Below, piece after piece: positions 16,453 to 19,999 of a stretch of 19,999 nt of DNA. A program made the position numbers and the translations under genes. The stretch is taken from NCBI GenBank assembly GCA_044070495.1, contig JBIPSI010000053.1, forward strand, positions 1-19,999, read 5' to 3'. The DNA comes from Spirulina sp. GTDB lineage: Bacteria > Cyanobacteriota > Cyanobacteriia > Phormidesmidales > Phormidesmidaceae. The notes under the pieces were generated by a model. That model saw only the letters and a list, made by a program, of their open reading frames with translations. It was not told the DNA's origin and searched no databases. Position 1 is the first letter of the stretch, and the number at the start of each line of letters is the position of its first letter.

Positions 16453-17943
16453 ATGTCCGTTCTTATCTGGTTCCGTAACGATCTGCGTCTTCACGATCAT
16501 CAGCCCCTCTGGGAGGCCGTCCAGTCGGGGCAGCGGGTGATTCCCTGCTACTGCTTCGACCCACGCCAGTTTGGCCAAACGGCCTTTGGCTTCCCTAAAA
16601 CAGGGGCGTTTCGGGCGCAGTTTTTGCTGGAGAGCGTGGCGGATCTGCGGCAATCCCTTCAATCCCTGGGTAGCGACCTAGTGGTGCGGATGGGTCGGCC
16701 TGAGGTGGTGATTCCCGATCTGGCGCGAGACCTCGGTGTTGAAACCGTCCACTGGCACGAGGAAGTGACCGCCGAAGAGGTGGCGGTGGAATCGGCCCTG
16801 GAGTCCAAATTGGCGTCCTTGGGGATGCAGACCCAGATCTATTGGGGGGCCACCCTGTATCACCCAGACAATCTGCCCTTTGACATCGGCCAAGTACCGG
16901 AGGTGTTCACCCAATTTCGCAAACAGGTGGAGCAACGCAGCGCCGTGGATGCCGTGCTGCCGACACCGAAAACCCTGCCGCCCTTGCCCTCGGTAGATGC
17001 CGGACAACTGCCCACCCTAACGGACTTGGGCCTAGCTTTGCCGGAATCTGACCCTAGGGGTGTGCTGCCCTTCCGAGGGGGCGAAACTGCTGCCCTGCAA
17101 CGGCTACAGGATTATGTGTGGGACACCGATAGTCTGCGCATTTACAAAGAAACCCGCAACGGCATGGTGGGGGCCAACTATTCCTCCAAGCTCTCGCCTT
17201 GGCTGGCCTTGGGCTGTCTGTCGCCGCGCCAAATTTACGACACCGTGCAGCGCTACGAAGCGGAACGGGTGAAAAACGACTCCACCTACTGGCTGGTGTT
17301 TGAACTGCTGTGGCGCGACTATTTTCGGTTCATTGCCGCCAAACACGGCAAGCGGCTGTTCTATCCCTCCGGTCTACGGGGGCTGGTGATCGCCTGGAAG
17401 CAAGACTGGAACAGGTTTGAGGCGTGGCGCACCGGGATGACGGGCTTTCCCTTGGTGGATGCCAACATGCGCGAACTGGCGGCGACGGGGTTTATGTCGA
17501 ACCGGGGGCGGCAGAACGTGGCCAGCTTCCTCACCAAAAACCTAGGCATCGACTGGCTCATGGGGGCCGAATGGTTCGAGTCGCAACTGATCGACTACGA
17601 CGTATGCAGCAACTACGGCAACTGGAACTACACCGCAGGCGTCGGCAACGATGCGCGGGGCTTCCGCTACTTCAACATCCCCAAACAATCTAAGGACTAC
17701 GATGCCGACGGCACCTACGTCAAACACTGGCTCCCCGAACTCCAGGCCATCCCCGCCGCCAAGGTCCACGCACCCTGGAAACTTCAGCCCGTAGAGCAAC
17801 GCCGCTTTGGGGTACAGTTGGGGGTCGATTATCCCCATCCAGTGGTGGATCTAGCCAAATCGGCCCAGGCCAACGAACAAATCTACAACGCCGCCAAACT
17901 GTTGCCCAAAAATAAGCGCCCCATCCAACGACCCAGGGGCTAG
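16453..17943 (+). CDS. Cryptochrome DASH (photolyase/cryptochrome family)
   Basis: WFRNDLRLHD, PKTGAFRAQFLLESV, YKETRNGM...YSSKLSPWLALGCLSPR, STYWLVFELLWRDYF, GFMSNRGRQNVASFL, DYDVCSNYGNW, GVGNDAR. Confidence 0.94.
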   Translation: MSVLIWFRNDLRLHDHQPLWEAVQSGQRVIPCYCFDPRQFGQTAFGFPKTGAFRAQFLLESVADLRQSLQSLGSDLVVRMGRPEVVIPDLARDLGVETVHWHEEVTAEEVAVESALESKLASLGMQTQIYWGATLYHPDNLPFDIGQVPEVFTQFRKQVEQRSAVDAVLPTPKTLPPLPSVDAGQLPTLTDLGLALPESDPRGVLPFRGGETAALQRLQDYVWDTDSLRIYKETRNGMVGANYSSKLSPWLALGCLSPRQIYDTVQRYEAERVKNDSTYWLVFELLWRDYFRFIAAKHGKRLFYPSGLRGLVIAWKQDWNRFEAWRTGMTGFPLVDANMRELAATGFMSNRGRQNVASFLTKNLGIDWLMGAEWFESQLIDYDVCSNYGNWNYTAGVGNDARGFRYFNIPKQSKDYDADGTYVKHWLPELQAIPAAKVHAPWKLQPVEQRRFGVQLGVDYPHPVVDLAKSAQANEQIYNAAKLLPKNKRPIQRPRG

Positions 17944-17958
17944 AGGGTGGATTCAGTA

Positions 17959-18190
17959 AGGGACTTTGAGCCTCTCTAGCGCCTCTCTCCCTTGGGGAGC
18001 TACCGCTTATACATATCTTGTTCTCATGCCGTCATGCCTGTGGGATCCCCCTAAATCCCCCTTGGAAAGGGGGACTTTGAATTCGATTCCCCCCTTGTTA
18101 AGGGGGGCCAGGGGGGATCAACCCTAGGAACCCAGCGGAATAGAAACTTGTGGATAAGCAGTAGCCCAGGAAAGGAGGGGTTGGGGGTGA
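17959..18190. mobile_element. MITE-like element (17999-18165) inside a CCCTCTCCC doublet repeat, carrying a CCCCCTT/AAGGGGG doublet
   Basis: Imperfect TIRs GCTACCGCTTATACATA (17999-18015) and TGTGGATAAGCAGTAGC (18149-18165) match at 14/17 positions. Inner double hairpin at 18044-18119. The flanks resemble the two parts of the 15135-15220 repeat. Confidence 0.75.
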
Positions 18191-18213
18191 TGGTTCTTTG
18201 TGATCTACCAAGG

Positions 18214-18846
18214 CTACTTGGTGCCAAACAGCCGATCTCCGGCATCCCCCAATCCCGGTAAAATGTAGCCCCGCTCGTCTAGCTTTTCGTCAATGGCGGC
18301 GGTGTAGAGGGGTACGTCGGGGTGTTCGCGGTGGAAGTGGGCGATACCCTCTGGGGCCGCCAGCAAACACAAAAACCGCAGCGACCGAGGATTGGCCTGC
18401 TTGAGGGGATACAGTGCCGCCACTGCCGTATTTCCCGTGGCAATCATCGGGTCTACCACCAGCACATCCCGGTCGGAGAGATTTTCTGGCACTTTGTAGA
18501 AGTACTCAATCACCCGCAAGCTTTGGGGGTCGCGATACAGCCCAATGTGGCCCACCCGCGCCGAGGGCATGAGTTCCAAAATGCCGTCCAAAATGCCCTG
18601 CCCCGCCCGCATAATCGACACCACCACCAGCTTTTTCTCCGGGGCCAACACCGGAGCCTGCATCGTAGCCATCGGCGTTTCGATAGTCTCCAACTTCAAC
18701 GGCAAATCCCGCGTCACCTCGTAGGCCATCAGCAGACTAATTTCCTTCAGCAGGGCGCGAAACTTAGCCGTACTGGTCTCCGCCCGCCGCATAAGGGTGA
18801 GCTTGTGCTGAATCAGGGGATGGTCGATGAGATGGAGGTTGGACAT
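18214..18846 (-). CDS. upp: Uracil phosphoribosyltransferase
   Basis: [65 protein letters not shown]. Start placed at ATG 18846; the upstream extension in the ORF track runs through repeats. Confidence 0.97.
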   Translation of the reverse strand: MSNLHLIDHPLIQHKLTLMRRAETSTAKFRALLKEISLLMAYEVTRDLPLKLETIETPMATMQAPVLAPEKKLVVVSIMRAGQGILDGILELMPSARVGHIGLYRDPQSLRVIEYFYKVPENLSDRDVLVVDPMIATGNTAVAALYPLKQANPRSLRFLCLLAAPEGIAHFHREHPDVPLYTAAIDEKLDERGYILPGLGDAGDRLFGTK

Positions 18847-18873
18847 AGAGTGTGGGGAGTAGGGAGTCGGGTT

Positions 18874-18898
18874 GGGGCGCACCGCAGTGCGCCCGTAC
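18874..18898 (-). repeat. REP-like palindrome upstream of upp
   Basis: GGGCGCAC-CGCA-GTGCGCCC (8-bp perfect stem); minus strand reads GTACGGGCGCACTGCGGTGCGCCCC. Confidence 0.7.
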
Positions 18899-19087
18899 GG
18901 GGGATTGTGGTATTGGAAAGTCTGCATTCTAAACGGCATTCAGTCTGATCGGTAGGCTACAAGCCGTGTTTCCGCCGCATGGCACGCCCTTGGTCAAGCC
19001 GTCGTTTGGGCGGAGGAGTCGATACATCTATAGGTAAGCCTGTACTACTCGCAAGAAAATCCTAAGTTACAGGGTATCCAGGTCATC

Positions 19088-19238
19088 GGGTGTTTAGACT
19101 GAAACTTTCCCCCTAAGATCCCATATTCGGCATTTAGGCTGAATTTTTTCCACCTAAGATCTCCCCAGGGGTATTTAGGCGGACAGATTTCCACCTAAGA
19201 TCCCGTATAAGGGTATTAGGCGGAAAATTTTCCTCTAA
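19088..19238. repeat. Four-unit palindromic array with 40-41 bp period, function unknown
   Basis: Palindromes of consensus TTAGGCGGA-N-TTCCACCTAA at 19094-19116, 19134-19157, 19175-19198 and 19216-19238, separated by three 17-bp linkers that each begin GATC. Confidence 0.9.
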
Positions 19239-19474
19239 TAAAGAGTTAGCCTGCTTAGTCGTCGGATAGAGTATTGCCCGAACTACTCAAGAAGTGTTGC
19301 TCTATATCTTGGTAGAGATAGCTTCTTTTGGCGAAGACTTCAGCAAAATGTCCGGATGGTAAAGAATAACCTAGAAATACTGAAATAAAATATAGCCAAA
19401 CTAATAAGATGTTTAGCCTAGTAGATCATGACTAGATTGACTTTACAACAAAGCAAGTAAATTTAGGGTTGTCA

Positions 19475-19870
19475 ATGGCAAATTCTATTTTTGAAGCAGT
19501 TAAGCGATTTATTGTCAAACAATTTTGGCCTTGGTTTATTCAGCATGCATGGCCTCTTATCAAGGAAGAGGTGATTGCTGCTGTTAGTCAAGTTCTGATT
19601 TTTATGCGAAAAAATTTGGAAGATTTTCTTGCTGCTCGAAATGCAAAGCAGCAGGAAGACATAAACGCTAAGGCTAAAGAGGCCGAGAGCAAAGCTGAGG
19701 CCGCGATGGATGAAGCTGAAGCTGCGCGATGGAGAGGAAAGGCGGAAGCTTATAGAGAGCAAGCTGACAACTTAAGGGTAGAAAATGACGAACTTCGCAA
19801 GGAATTAGAACGACTTATGGGTGAAGGGATTAAAGACCTTCGAACAAGTGTTGATAATACTGGAGTTTAG
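19475..19870 (+). CDS. Hypothetical protein with a Trp-rich amphipathic N-terminus and a predicted coiled coil
   Basis: Open frame of about 131 aa with natural Glu/Ala/Lys-rich helical composition, followed by a strong terminator. No family recognised. Start is ATG 19475 or TTG 19469. Confidence 0.75.
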   Translation: MANSIFEAVKRFIVKQFWPWFIQHAWPLIKEEVIAAVSQVLIFMRKNLEDFLAARNAKQQEDINAKAKEAESKAEAAMDEAEAARWRGKAEAYREQADNLRVENDELRKELERLMGEGIKDLRTSVDNTGV

Positions 19871-19884
19871 ACTAAGGCCAAAGG

Positions 19885-19919
19885 AAAAAGCAGCCCGAGT
19901 CTTGCTCGGGCTGCTTTTT
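19885..19919. terminator. Bidirectional intrinsic terminator
   Basis: AAAAAGCAGCCCGAG-TCTTG-CTCGGGCTGCTTTTT: perfect 15-bp inverted repeat with A5 and T5 ends, 14 bp after the ORF stop. Confidence 0.88.
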
Positions 19920-19999
19920 AGCCGAAGCTGAGAAAGCACAACCAATCTCGGCAAAGGCTTATGACTTACGATAGCTTGTCCGGATTTCGACAACGCGCC

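Noticed and set aside
18847..18939. N-terminal extension of upp
   Set aside because: It runs through a REP palindrome and GGGAGT-type heptamers; Upp similarity begins at [10 protein letters not shown].
18322..18948. 208-aa plus-strand ORF, and similar ORFs antisense to PBP, pta, the nucleotidyltransferase and cry-DASH
   Set aside because: They fully overlap well-supported genes on the opposite strand, as expected in GC-rich DNA, and show no motifs.
19088..19238. Canonical CRISPR array
   Set aside because: Linkers are only 17 bp and resemble each other, the repeats vary internally, and no cas gene is in the window.
19805..19993. 62-aa minus-strand ORF at the right edge
   Set aside because: It crosses the terminator and overlaps the orphan gene, with no supporting features.

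Overview
Cyanobacterial chromosomal segment (GC-rich filamentous type, inferred from chlG, ycf34, Uma2, NuiA, STRR heptamers and typical intergenic palindromes). Gene order: partial ORF, class I SAM methyltransferase (-), type IV major pilin pilA with a SigF-type promoter motif and terminator (-), class A PBP (-), chlG (-), Uma2-family protein (+), alpha/beta hydrolase (-), pta (-), AT-rich FHA-GGDEF-EAL protein (+), short tRNA nucleotidyltransferase that is probably CC-adding (-), ycf34 (+), NuiA-like inhibitor (-), PrxQ/BCP (-), cryptochrome DASH (+), upp (-), and an AT-richer end with an orphan coiled-coil ORF (+). The most unusual signals are non-coding: (1) a 4-unit array with a 40-41 bp period, made of 23-24 bp palindromes separated by exactly 17 bp linkers, upstream of the orphan ORF; (2) two related hairpin+REP composites flanking the methyltransferase, whose hairpin interior is flipped between copies; (3) nested 'Russian-doll' miniature elements at two loci, with an uninterrupted host repeat at a third; (4) apparent absence of HIP1 and of the CGATCG hexamer. 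All calls come from manual reading with no database searches; GC statements are visual estimates.
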